This document shows positions 11,331-21,877 of a DNA stretch of 64,000 nt, one piece after another (position 1 is the stretch's first letter; each line of letters begins with the position of its first letter). Made by a program: the position numbers and the translations under genes. The notes beneath the pieces were generated by a model. That model ran no database searches. It was not told the origin of the DNA and worked only from the letters and a program-made list of their open reading frames with translations. The stretch covers positions 372,001 through 436,000 of the forward strand of contig BQFW01000011.1 of assembly GCA_020891255.1 (NCBI GenBank). The letters are read 5' to 3'. The stretch comes from Entomortierella parvispora E1425 (Eukaryota > Fungi > Mortierellomycota).

Positions 11331-13166
11331 GGCATTGAATTTAGGAGTAACATTATGGATAGAACGAGCCAAGTCACCATGCGTGGAACAAGTAGAATAA
11401 GAGGAACCAAGAACCATAGATTTAATTGCATCAACATTACTATAATCATAGTCAAGACCTTTGGTGTCCTCTTTGTCGTCAATATCATCGATTTTGAGGC
11501 CAAAGTCAGGAATAGGATCATCATCGTCAGCCTCGCCTTCAATGAGACGGTTAATGGCTGCGTTGTGTCTTTTGGAGTAATTAGAAGAGTTTTGCTTGTT
11601 CTTATGAGCAAATGTAGAATTGGAGGAACCGTTGGAGTTTGAAAACTCGGACGTGGGAGTTCCGGAGCTTGCAGGTGTGCGATTGTTGCTATGTCTTCTG
11701 CAAGATGAGTCCCAGTGTTGCTTCGTAAGGGTGAAAAGTGGTGCACCAATCCTCCGTGCACCACCATCTGGGAGTCGTGGCGAGGATCGATCACTCTTGC
11801 CTTTCTGCTTGTGTTGCTTACGACTGGACTTGCCGCTTAGAACCGCCATGGGAAGCAGAGTGCGATGAATGACCTTTAGTGCCGTCTTGTTTGATAAGGT
11901 GCGGAGCCCATTGAGAGGCTGCCCAGAAACCGCCCCAAGGATACGTACCCTGGAGAGTATTACTGGTGTTGCGGATAAACGTTAGAAGCGCATCGTAGTC
12001 CTTGATGTCGGACAACCGATTGAAATGAGACAGAGCAAGGTTCTGAACATTGTCCGGGACCGCTCGATAGAGGACCCCGACTAGAAGTGACTGAGGGAAA
12101 TCCGTGTTGCCTCGAGCATCGGCAACACCAGAGGCTCTGAGCAAGCCCTCAAAGCGACAGCCTTGAATGTGAAGACTCGCTCAAGCAGATCACCATTGAT
12201 CATGTCAAGGCAGAAAATGGTTTTGATAGCTCTCTCGACTTGAACCCAAGTACGATCCAGTGGATTTTTGATCAGCTCCATTTGAGAATCAAAACGACGG
12301 TCCATCTCTACTTTTTGCAAAGCGACCGAGACGTAACGCCAAGCCAATGGATCAAAAAGCTCGGTAAGACGTTCTCGCAAGAACTTCTCAAAACGATCGA
12401 GAAAGGTGAAGATGACCTCGACAAACTTGGCTTCAAAGTCCTTCTTTTCAACATTCTTGAGCTGCGAAGTCAGATCTAAGACCGGACTTGAAGGGTAGTG
12501 GGCGAGACTAACTCTAGCAAAGTCGACTGACAGGGTGCCTGGAAAGACTGGAATGGACTTGAAGCTGTTGTAACGGACCAACGCTTGATGGAAAGGAGCG
12601 TTGAGAACGGGAGCCACGTTGGATGAATTCAAAAGTACTTGTGAAGTCTCTTGTGCAAGTGAAGTGGCCGTCGGAAAAATAAGCGGGCGACGCCTGTTGA
12701 GTGCTTCTCTAGCTACTTCCAGATCAGCGTTGGCTTGCTTCAACTTGTTAGCAAGATCAGACAACATTAGATCGCGTTGCACAACTAATGAGGATTGTTC
12801 TGCAGGAGGACTAGCGTTGATGAGCTCCTCGGCCTTGAGTAGAACATCTTCGCGTTGTTCAGCCAATTCATCCACCCGCTGTTGCTTGCGCACAACGAGG
12901 GACTCTAGCTGAGCGATTCTGCTAACAGGTGGCTCTCCGTCTACTTCCATGGGAGCGGAAGAGCGCAATAGTTCAGCGAAGCCAGCAAAGGCACTCGTTG
13001 GAACTGGAGAAGGAGATCCACTGTTGTTGAGCGCGAGGATTGAGCTGTGAGACTCAAGCGGGTTGGATACAACTGGAGTGGCCTCGGCTGAGATTCCAGA
13101 GGAGTCCTCTCCAGTGTTTTGAGGCACAGGAGCAGGAGAAGTGTTCTGTGGAGAACCGTTCGACAT
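11325..13166 (-). pseudogene. E2 gag (frameshifted)
   Basis: ORFs 12081-13166, 11818-12144 and 11325-11849 directly follow the 5' LTR/PBS and precede the protease. Confidence 0.7.
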
Positions 13167-13228
13167 CTTTCAAGAGATTAATGTCTACGACGAAGGGATC
13201 GTGAGGGAATGTGGTGGCCTTCGTTTTA

Positions 13229-13240
13229 CGTCAAAAAAAG
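13229..13240 (-). promoter_or_regulatory. E2 primer-binding position: C-T7-GACG (non-tRNA)
   Basis: Abuts the 5' LTR; complements LTR CGTC plus a poly(A) tail. Confidence 0.7.
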
Positions 13241-13313
13241 TGTGCGGGGCAGGGGGTCCCCGTCAACGTGAGTAAGTATGGGTACGAGTAATGACGAGAC
13301 GGAAGAAGAGATC
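13241..13313 (-). repeat. Family B 5' LTR, truncated by the E4 insertion
   Basis: Matches the reconstructed left LTR over 73 bp. Confidence 0.9.
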
Positions 13314-13432
13314 TGCAATAGGAGTACTGGGGACAGAGTGGAGACAAGAAGTGATGTTTATTTGAGTGCTAGATACTAACTTATATAGGCGAGGACCGCG
13401 TGATGTCACCGTATTAATGTCATACTGTTACA
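13314..13432 (-). repeat. Family C 3' LTR (119 bp)
   Basis: TG...CA ends; about four differences from 37533-37650. Confidence 0.9.
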
Positions 13433-14514
13433 CCTTCCCCTTTTAAAAAATGAGTCCGCGTCTTTGTTTAAAAGCTTGGACCATGTCAGCACAATTGTCT
13501 AAGTTGCTTAGTGGGACCCATTCGTCGGCCTCTCTGCCGTAGCCTTTCCATGAAACCAAGAACTGATGTTGCCTGCGGAATCGACGGTAATTCAAAATTT
13601 CCTCGACTTCGTACTCCTCTTCGCCGTTGATTATGGTCGGGTCCGGTGGTGCTACTGTTCGAGGCCCGAGAGATTCTGGGGACGACCGATAAGGTCGGAA
13701 CGTGTCCACATTGTGATATTCTCGTGGGGTCTTACTTACAAACAATAACCGTCAATAGAAGTCAACGAGAACAAGAGAGGGTTTTATTAAAGACAGGCAC
13801 CAGCAGGTCTTTTATAGTCCGGCGGGTGCCAGTCACGGAAGACTCTTAAACATCGGAGAAGTAAAAAAAGGACTGCGACTCAGGACTGGCGTCCTGAACC
13901 CCATACCTAGTGCTAAACATCACAGACTCCCCCTCCAGAACTGAACTAGGGAAGTGTTCGTAATGTGTGGCTAGAAGCGGTAGCTAACCGTTCTGAGTAG
14001 CCATGATTAAAGGAAAAAAAACCGTTAGGACGGGCAAAATAAGCCTTTAGTCAATAAGCGAGGGATTGAAACCTCATTGTGAACTAAGCAGATTGTACAA
14101 GTCTGTCTTTGTCACTTGAGAAGTAAACCGTGAAGATCGGGAAAGCTTCTACTCTCAGGCAAAAAATAAAACCTGTGCGAGACAGTGCGTCTGCAGATTG
14201 CAACTGTCTATTACTTAGACTGGCTTGTGCCATGTCATTAGTCAGGGGTGATCTGACTTGTCAAGATGGAAAACGCAAAGCGGACAAAACCATTGACAAT
14301 GTAGTTGCATGAGGAGAGGAATGACAAAAGCAAAAAGCTTGTTTGTCTCACTCACGCACGGGTCAAGGAGTTAGAGCATGCGCGCCCACTCCCCCCGCAA
14401 AAAAAAAAAAATGAAAAAATTTTCTAAGCCACCGCCCATTAGGATGGCCCATCATCTAATTCATTCAACTCAATTCAGCTCCCCATTCCTTTTCACTTTT
14501 CTCCCAGAGGACGA

Positions 14515-17500
14515 CTACAGCTTCGCTCTTTTGTTTCGCTCTGACCTTCGGACAGACTGGACATTGTCAACAGTAAAAGAGACCTTCTTAAGCGCCTTAT
14601 TCGGGACTTTTCGTTGTCTCGTCTCCGTCGCCTGTAGAGCGTGCAGTCTTTTCAACTCTTCCTTCTTGGCCTTCTCCAACTTGCGTTGATGCTTGGCGAC
14701 CACTCGCGGATTCTTTTCATTCATGCGTTTCCAGTATTGGTGGACCATCTGGTCTGAGTCAAACCTCTCGTAGGGGATGTAGGAGTCTTCACTATCCTTG
14801 TATCCCTTCCAGTGGACCTTGTAGAGTATTCTGCCGTCTTCAAAAGTATGGCCTTTGATTGATTCTACTTCATAGCTCTCTTCGGAGGGCTTTTCTAGGT
14901 CCTGGGTTACTACGTTGAGCTGCTCAGGTGCATAATGACGAGGAAGAATCTCACCAATTGCGTTTTGTAATTCATAGGCTCCGAAAGCTGTCCTTCTTGT
15001 TACTTTAAAAGGGCCGTCCTTTTTAGGGGTAAGAGCACCTTCGGCAACAGGATCTTCAGCCATGACGAATGCACCAGGTTGTATTTCGCGAATGGTGTGA
15101 GATTTGTTGAACTTATCGATCATTTTCCTTTGGTTACTGGAGCTAAGCTCTGATAACGCAGGAAATACCAGGTGAGTCAAGTATAATAATCTTTTCTCTA
15201 ATTCTTCATCATTTAGAAGACGACTCTCGGCCGCTGTGAAGTTTGATATCCCAGGAAATGCTCGACCATAAAATAGTGAGAATGGTGTTGAATTGTGAAG
15301 TGACACAATTTTGCTGTTCATCTGAAGCTGAACCATGGGTAAGTGCACATCCCAATCAGTAGGGTTTGCTTCAATGTTTTTTCGCAAGATGTCCTTCATT
15401 GACTTGATATGTCTTTCCGCCACTCCGTTACCTCGAGGGTGGTATGGCGTTGAGACTCGGTGGTCAATCTGTAGAGTTTCTGTCAGATTGGTAATAATTT
15501 TGTTGACAAACTCTAGACCATTGTCGCTTTGGATAATCTTTGGAAATCCAATGTCGCAAAATAGACGAAAGAGACGCTTACTAACTGAAGCAGCATCTTT
15601 TGTTTTCAATTCAAATAGGAAAACAAATCTAGTGCAGACATCGACAACTAGGAGGGCATATTCATTGCCGTCTTTACTTGGTGGAAATTGAGCCAAGTCA
15701 ATAGCCAGATGTTCACCAGGGAGTTCTGCGTGAATGGCTTTTAAAGGGTGGTATCCCTTTCTAGCAATGTTGTACCGCTGACATGATGAACATGATTTAA
15801 CCCAGAGGACACAGTCTTCTTTCAATTTGGGCCACGTCATATTGTCTAGCTGGATCATGTTGACCATTGCTGTCGCACCTAGATGACCAAAGGAGTGAGT
15901 CCTGTTCAAGATCTCTCTTCTTTTGGACTTCTCAGGTACTTGTCTATTATCAGGTTCAGGAATTTGATGCATGAAAGGTTTATCAGACAATTGAACGCCT
16001 TCTGCTAGTTTAAGACCTTCTGGACTCATCCGCAGGGCAAAATCTACAGAGTCGATAGTCTCTGCATCTGGAGCTGCCATTGCTGCATTGAATCTCTTAC
16101 GAGCCTTAATCTCTGACATCTTGCTTTCCTCCCATAGATCATCAGGAAATGCTCTGGACAATGCATCTGGAATAACATTCAGGATCCCAGGACGATGGAT
16201 GATCTTAAAGTCATAGTTGAAGATCGTCTCTTTCCAGTCTGCCATGATGTTGTTCAGATTCTCTTGATCCATCAGGAAGGTCAATGGCTTATGGTCAGTG
16301 AACAGAGTGAAGCGTCTTCCCCACAGGTAATAGTGGAACTTCTTAAGTGTAAAGATAATTGCCAACAATTCTTTCTTGTATGCAGGGTATCGCTTCTCAT
16401 GATCACGCAGTGCCCGAGCCATAAACGAGATGTAATTAATCTTGCTGTCATCTTTTTCTCCCAATGGTAGTTGATACAACATTCCTGCAATACCACGATT
16501 GGACGCATCGGTTGCAACGTACATCGGAAGTTCCCAAATGACATGGCAAAGGATTGGTGCTTGAGGAATCAATTTCTTAATTCCTTCAAAGCTTCGCATT
16601 TGGAGACTATCCAAAACGAATGGTCCCTTTACGTTTCTCAGGGCATCTAAAGGACTGGCTATGTCACCAAACAGAGGAATATATTCTCTGAAATGGTTGA
16701 ACATTCCCATGTATCTTTGTACCATCTGACCGCTGGTAGGTGGAGCCCATGACTTGATGTTGGCAATCTTTTCAGGATTAATTCTTCTCCCGTACTTGTC
16801 AACAACAAATCCCAACAGTACAATCTGTGTGCACAGGAAGCGACTCTTCTCTCGATTGATAATGAGTTTTGCTTTTGTTAACCTGTCTATTACAATTTTG
16901 ACATGTTGTAGGTGCTCTTCCTTGGTGTGAGAAAAGATAACTATGTCATCTACATAGATGCAGACAAACGAAAGGTCTCCCAGGAGGTAAGTCATTCCTC
17001 TCTGAAAAATACTTGTCATTGGCTTTAAACCAAAAGGAGCTCTCGCAAACATATATTGCCTCCCCTTGTAGGTGAATGCCGTCAGGGGTTGACTCTCTTT
17101 TGATAGTGGCAACCGATTGTAAGCTTGAGCAAGATCGAGCGTGGAGTAATAACTGTGACCAGCTGTCTTTTTCAGGATGTCGGCGATCTCAGGTAGCTGA
17201 AATGTATCCGATAACAATAACTGCTTGTTTAACAACCTAGGATCTAAACAGACTCTATATTTTAATATCTTGCCTTCTAGGTCTCTTCTGGCTGATAAGG
17301 TCAGCGAGTTATTGTGTGGATTGCCTTTCGGCGCAGGCACAATCACCCCACTATCCCACCATTTTACGATTTGTTGAGCTACTTCAGCATCTGCTGTCTG
17401 CGCATGGAATTGTCTTGTCTTGACAAAGACTGTGCAGTTAGGAGGTACTTTGAGTTCAACTCTCATAATCTCCAAGGTACAGTGGCTCTTGGGATCAATC

Positions 17501-19686
17501 GCGGTGTTGAGGTCCAGTAGATTCTGAATCTCTTTCTCAAAAAGGGCTTTGTCTCTGATAAATTCAGCAGTTTTTTCTTCTTCAGGCTTTTCGTCAGGAA
17601 TGATCGGCGGCTTGTCTTCATCATGAATCCAGATGTCAGGTAGAGGAGATGGTTTGGGCATTCGGACACCTCCGATGTAATACCCAAAGCGATGGAATAG
17701 GTCTGCTCCGACATAAAAGTCATAGTAAGGTATGTTCATAACACCCACTTGACAAGAGACCGAACGTCCATTGCAGGCAAGATCTAACTTATCACATGTA
17801 AGTAGGTTCTCTGCCTTAGCTCCTGCTTCTCCCAGCTCAACTGGATCTGGTAGCTTTGCCACTCGAATTCCCAGCTCTTTAGCAATCGCTGAATCAATGA
17901 ACGAATCCGTCGATCCAGTGTCTAGAACTGCTGTAAGTGATTTACCATTGGCAATTAATTCTACCGCAAAACGGTTGTCACCCTCTTGCGCACCTCTGAA
18001 AGCACAAAGCTTCTTCGTTGGTGGTGTTGGGTCAAACTCATTAAAGTACTTTGAAAATTCAGCAATTTTATTAATACTAACAGTTCCAATTTCTTCTGCT
18101 AGATTGGCATCCAGACTCGAACTGCGGATCATATCGATTTCTCTAGTGATGGCAGCTAGTCTCTTAGGATTCAATGGAACCAATGGAATTGGGCTACTCT
18201 TTTTCATGGCTGCGACCGCGCGGATAGGACCTTGCTCAGGCCTTGCTTTCTTGAAGGACGGTCGCAACTCAGGGTGCACAAAGTAGCACTTGGAGTGATG
18301 ATGCTTCTTGGAGTTGCATCTCTCACTGGTACATGGCTGCTTCTCCTTCTCGCTACGAGGGTGCTTGCCAGTGCTTGCTTGCGGAATCTGCGCCTTCTTC
18401 CCAATGGTGGTAGAGGAGGAAGCACTCTTTCCTGCAAGTGACTTGAATCTTGACTTGAACCACTTGGCCCAATCAGTCTTGCGACCAGGAAGTGCAGTAT
18501 TGTCGGCTCGGAGGCACTCGAGGAACTTCAATACGTTCGGGACATCAGGCAGATTTGGGTAAGTCTTTGTAACTGCTTTCTGGCCCTCATCCGGCAAACC
18601 CGCATAAAGTGACTGAATGACCAACTTCTCATGCACAGTATCCGTTAGGCCAGACGCTTCTAACAGAAGATCAACCTTGTACGCATAGAGGTGGATATCA
18701 GCAAATGATGCTGAATCCAAAGAGAAAAGCTTGTTCATCGCCTCAGCTTGCAAGAGCTCGACTCGAAATAACTCCTGGATGCACTTCTCAACTGGAATCC
18801 AAGTGTTGATGGAGCTGTAATCGTAGCACGGAGGAGACTCTGTCTCAATCACATTGTCCATCTGGGTGGCTAGGTCCTTGCCCATTTGCTTGAGCATGTC
18901 GTCTAGCAACTTTACTTCGATACCAGCCTTGCGGAACGCCTTCATCATGTACTGACTCGCCATGATGTCAAACAGACTGCCCAGCTGGATCTTGTAGAAC
19001 TCGGAGAACTCACGCATAAACTTGTTGATTGCACGAACGATTTCCATGGCGTCAGTGCTGGCTTGGAAGTTCAGCTTCAGTTCCGGCTCATCGTCGAAGT
19101 TTATCGGGATCACTCTGGAGAAGTCGATCTTCTCACTGTCCTTAAATACAGGAACGGCCTTTTCTTTCAAGCGCCTGATGTCAATATGATACAGGTTGGA
19201 GTTGTTGAAGGGAATGGCGTAGGCACCGGTGGTTTCGACTGATGGAGTCGTAGTGGTTGGTGTAGGTGTAGACATGGGCGTCTCGCTTCGACCTCTCCAA
19301 CTCATGTCCACTGGCTCTCGAGGACAAAACTCCTTCCAGTGATGGTATGCCAGGTCCATGTCTCGGGTCACCGTTTTAATCTTGCTGAATGTGGCATCGA
19401 TCTGAGCGCTGTGGTTGCTGAGGATCTTGTCTCTTTCCTCAGGGCCCATGTTCGCATCCTGGTCGAGCTCTTTGGTCGCCTTTCGAAGGGCGTCCTTTTG
19501 CTGCACGAACTTCAGCAGTAATTCGGTCCGCTCAATTGTGACTTTGTCCAGTTCTTTCTTCATCACATCAGCCATAGAAATAGCTTCTGTCGGAATAGGA
19601 ACGGCGTCGTCATACTCTTGCATTGGGACATCTTCGGACAGAGGCGCTGGAGGGCGCTCTGGACTTGCATCGACCTCGGCACTCAT
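14515..19686 (-). CDS. E3 Gag-Pol polyprotein, 1723 aa
   Basis: Zn knuckle CTSERCNSKKHHHSKC; protease VLDTGS; RT RVCLDPR and YVDD; RNase H ATDASN; integrase IIQSDNG; chromodomain YEVESIKGH...WKGY. Confidence 0.97.
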   Translation of the reverse strand: MSAEVDASPERPPAPLSEDVPMQEYDDAVPIPTEAISMADVMKKELDKVTIERTELLLKFVQQKDALRKATKELDQDANMGPEERDKILSNHSAQIDATFSKIKTVTRDMDLAYHHWKEFCPREPVDMSWRGRSETPMSTPTPTTTTPSVETTGAYAIPFNNSNLYHIDIRRLKEKAVPVFKDSEKIDFSRVIPINFDDEPELKLNFQASTDAMEIVRAINKFMREFSEFYKIQLGSLFDIMASQYMMKAFRKAGIEVKLLDDMLKQMGKDLATQMDNVIETESPPCYDYSSINTWIPVEKCIQELFRVELLQAEAMNKLFSLDSASFADIHLYAYKVDLLLEASGLTDTVHEKLVIQSLYAGLPDEGQKAVTKTYPNLPDVPNVLKFLECLRADNTALPGRKTDWAKWFKSRFKSLAGKSASSSTTIGKKAQIPQASTGKHPRSEKEKQPCTSERCNSKKHHHSKCYFVHPELRPSFKKARPEQGPIRAVAAMKKSSPIPLVPLNPKRLAAITREIDMIRSSSLDANLAEEIGTVSINKIAEFSKYFNEFDPTPPTKKLCAFRGAQEGDNRFAVELIANGKSLTAVLDTGSTDSFIDSAIAKELGIRVAKLPDPVELGEAGAKAENLLTCDKLDLACNGRSVSCQVGVMNIPYYDFYVGADLFHRFGYYIGGVRMPKPSPLPDIWIHDEDKPPIIPDEKPEEEKTAEFIRDKALFEKEIQNLLDLNTAIDPKSHCTLEIMRVELKVPPNCTVFVKTRQFHAQTADAEVAQQIVKWWDSGVIVPAPKGNPHNNSLTLSARRDLEGKILKYRVCLDPRLLNKQLLLSDTFQLPEIADILKKTAGHSYYSTLDLAQAYNRLPLSKESQPLTAFTYKGRQYMFARAPFGLKPMTSIFQRGMTYLLGDLSFVCIYVDDIVIFSHTKEEHLQHVKIVIDRLTKAKLIINREKSRFLCTQIVLLGFVVDKYGRRINPEKIANIKSWAPPTSGQMVQRYMGMFNHFREYIPLFGDIASPLDALRNVKGPFVLDSLQMRSFEGIKKLIPQAPILCHVIWELPMYVATDASNRGIAGMLYQLPLGEKDDSKINYISFMARALRDHEKRYPAYKKELLAIIFTLKKFHYYLWGRRFTLFTDHKPLTFLMDQENLNNIMADWKETIFNYDFKIIHRPGILNVIPDALSRAFPDDLWEESKMSEIKARKRFNAAMAAPDAETIDSVDFALRMSPEGLKLAEGVQLSDKPFMHQIPEPDNRQVPEKSKRREILNRTHSFGHLGATAMVNMIQLDNMTWPKLKEDCVLWVKSCSSCQRYNIARKGYHPLKAIHAELPGEHLAIDLAQFPPSKDGNEYALLVVDVCTRFVFLFELKTKDAASVSKRLFRLFCDIGFPKIIQSDNGLEFVNKIITNLTETLQIDHRVSTPYHPRGNGVAERHIKSMKDILRKNIEANPTDWDVHLPMVQLQMNSKIVSLHNSTPFSLFYGRAFPGISNFTAAESRLLNDEELEKRLLYLTHLVFPALSELSSSNQRKMIDKFNKSHTIREIQPGAFVMAEDPVAEGALTPKKDGPFKVTRRTAFGAYELQNAIGEILPRHYAPEQLNVVTQDLEKPSEESYEVESIKGHTFEDGRILYKVHWKGYKDSEDSYIPYERFDSDQMVHQYWKRMNEKNPRVVAKHQRKLEKAKKEELKRLHALQATETRQRKVPNKALKKVSFTVDNVQSVRRSERNKRAKL

Positions 19687-20139
19687 AAGGTAACGCTATT
19701 GATGCGAATGAATACAAAAGAAGCGTTACGCTATGTCTCTTGAATACAGATAGTGAACGCTAACCAGTCAATCGAGTTGGTGGTTTAGACGTAAACAATA
19801 ATATTTTGTTTTGGGACTCAGCCAACAAAAACAAAATCAGTGATATGGACGACAACAGTTGCTGGACTCACTGCAGTGGATCAACCTCTGAACAATGGAT
19901 CTACAGTAACAATGTTGTTCGAACAATGTGTGGAGCACAAAGGAGTGATCAAAGAAAAGGGGCACAAAGGACAAGCCGTTGTGTTCTTTCCGATCAACCT
20001 GCACGGGTGGATACGACTGAGAGGAGATCCCAATTACTGTACACTACACAACAGAGAGGATGATCGATTCTCAAAGGATGGATGATCAACCGGACTGATA
20101 GATGTATAATGGTAATGGATGGATGCCCACTCTTAAGTA

Positions 20140-20151
20140 CGTTGAAAAAAA
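20140..20151 (-). promoter_or_regulatory. E3 primer-binding position: T7-CAACG (non-tRNA)
   Basis: Abuts the 5' LTR; complements LTR CGTTG plus a poly(A) tail. Confidence 0.7.
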
Positions 20152-21877
20152 TGTGATATTCTCGTGGGGTCTTACTTACAAACAATAACCGTCAATAGAA
20201 GTCAACGAGAACAAGAGAGGGTTTTATTAAAGACAGGCACCAGCAGGTCTTTTATAGTCCGGCGGGTGCCAGTCACGGAAGACTCTTAAACATCGGAGAA
20301 GTAAAAAAAGGACTGCGACTCAGGACTGGCGTCCTGAACCCCATACCTAGTGCTAAACATCACACACATGAAAGACGTCGTGGATCTTGTAAAAGGGAGG
20401 TAACTCAACGCGGAAGGTGACTGGCGAGTGTTGTTCCAACAGTGTGAATGGCCCAAGGTACTGTGGTCGCAGTTTGTCGGCTGGTCTAGTGCTATCGGCG
20501 GGAATCGTGATGTTGGTAGCTCTCAGCAAGACCTTATCACCGACTTTGCATTTATGGTCACGTCGTCGCTTATTCGCCTGCTCTTCCTGGTGATCCTGAG
20601 CGCGCTGTAGTGCATCTTGGGCAAGGATGAGCGTTGTCGCCTGCTCCGCGAGAAAACTGTCGACGGTGGGGACTGGGCTGCTCGGCACACTGAGAAGCGC
20701 TGTGGGGAGGCGGGGGTGTTGACCAGTGTTGAGGAAGAACGGAGAGTAGCCAGTGGAAGCGTTGACGGCGTTGTTGTAAGCAAACTCTAGCGAGGGAAGT
20801 AGCTGGTCCCAGTTCGACTGCCTGTTGTCAACGAAGGCCCGTAACATAGTCTTCAGCGTCTTGTTCATGACCTCTGTCTGTCCGTCTGTCTGTGGGTGGT
20901 AGGCTGTAGACAGAGCCAATTTCACATCCAGCAGCTTGTGCAACTCCTGCCAGAAGCGGCTGGTGAATCGTGTGTCGCGATCGGAGATGATGGATGTGGG
21001 GAGGCCATGCAATTTGAAGATATTGTCGAAGAACTGATGGGCAACATCGACGGCTGTGGCGGAGGTGGTGCTGGGGACAAAGTGTGCGAGCTTGGTGAGC
21101 TTGTCGACAAAGACCGTGATGGCGTTGAAGTTGCGGTCTGTGGTTGGAAGAGGGCGATGAAATCCATGGTGACGACGTCCCAGCGTTGAGAGGGGATGGG
21201 AAGAGGCTGCAGCAGTCCTGCGGGTCGCTCCTGAGATCCTTTGTTCCTCTGACACTTTTCGCAGGTGGCAACATAGAGTTGGGTGTCCTTAGCAATGTGA
21301 GGCCAATACACAAAGCGGCGCAGGTTGTCGTAAGTCTTCTGGAAGCCAAAGTGTCCAGCGGTGGTTGAGTCGTGAGCATCACGTAGGAGGGTGAGGCGGA
21401 TGGAAGAGTGCCGAGGGATGGCTAGAGTGGTGGTTCCTCGCCTAGTGTAGTAGAGGAGGTGGTTCTCAAACCGGTATCCATTGGCAACTTTTCCCTCCAG
21501 ACAGTCCTTGTAGATGGGTCCGAGGCGAGGATCGTTCTCGTAGTCCTGCACAAGCTGGTCGCGGACGTCGGAGGACAGCGACAGGCTGAGGTTGTGGAGC
21601 TCAACGGGGTCGGGGTCGCGGTAGTCCGGTCGGCGAGAGAGGGCGTCAGGGACGATATTCTCAACTCCTGGCTTGTACTTGAACTCCATGTCGTATTCTT
21701 GAAGCAACTCCATCCAGCGACCCTGTCGACGAGTGAGTTTGGGCTGGGAGGGGAAGTGCAATAGGAGTATCGAGGGTGGAGTGGAGACAAGAAGTGAGTT
21801 TTATTATATTGCAAGTTTCTAGCTTTTGTAGGTACACATCGCGTGATGTCACCGTATTCCTGTTACACCTTCCCCTT

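Larger units (their letters stand above)
1289..13313 (-). mobile_element. E2: Ty3/Gypsy chromodomain LTR retrotransposon, family B; both LTRs interrupted by later insertions
   Basis: 3' LTR is split as 1289-1303 plus 7471-7608; 5' LTR 13241-13313 is cut by E4; polypurine tract (PPT) at 7609-7620; gag-PR-RT-RH-IN-chromodomain order on the minus strand. Confidence 0.9.
13712..20364 (-). mobile_element. E3: intact Ty3/Gypsy chromodomain LTR retrotransposon, family D
   Basis: Identical 213-bp LTRs at 13712-13924 and 20152-20364; TSD CACAT at 13707-13711 and 20365-20369; PPT at 13925-13936; one uninterrupted ORF. Confidence 0.97.
13314..21756 (-). mobile_element. E4: family C chromovirus, 3' half only, interrupted by E3 and cut by E5
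   Basis: 3' LTR 13314-13432; PPT AAAAGGGGAAGG at 13433-13444; chromodomain 13443-13711; RH-end/integrase 20365-21756; closely related to E5 pol. Confidence 0.9.

Noticed and set aside
14515-14526. E3 polyprotein ends in AKL, a peroxisomal PTS1-like tripeptide
   Set aside because: No other element here shares it and it has no plausible role for an integrase; likely chance within a basic NLS-like tail.
7281-20151. Tf1-style self-priming by the transcript 5' end as the explanation for the oligo(T) PBSs
   Set aside because: It would need a templated anchor plus A7-8 in the sense LTR. None exists; the A7 in LTR D is on the antisense strand.
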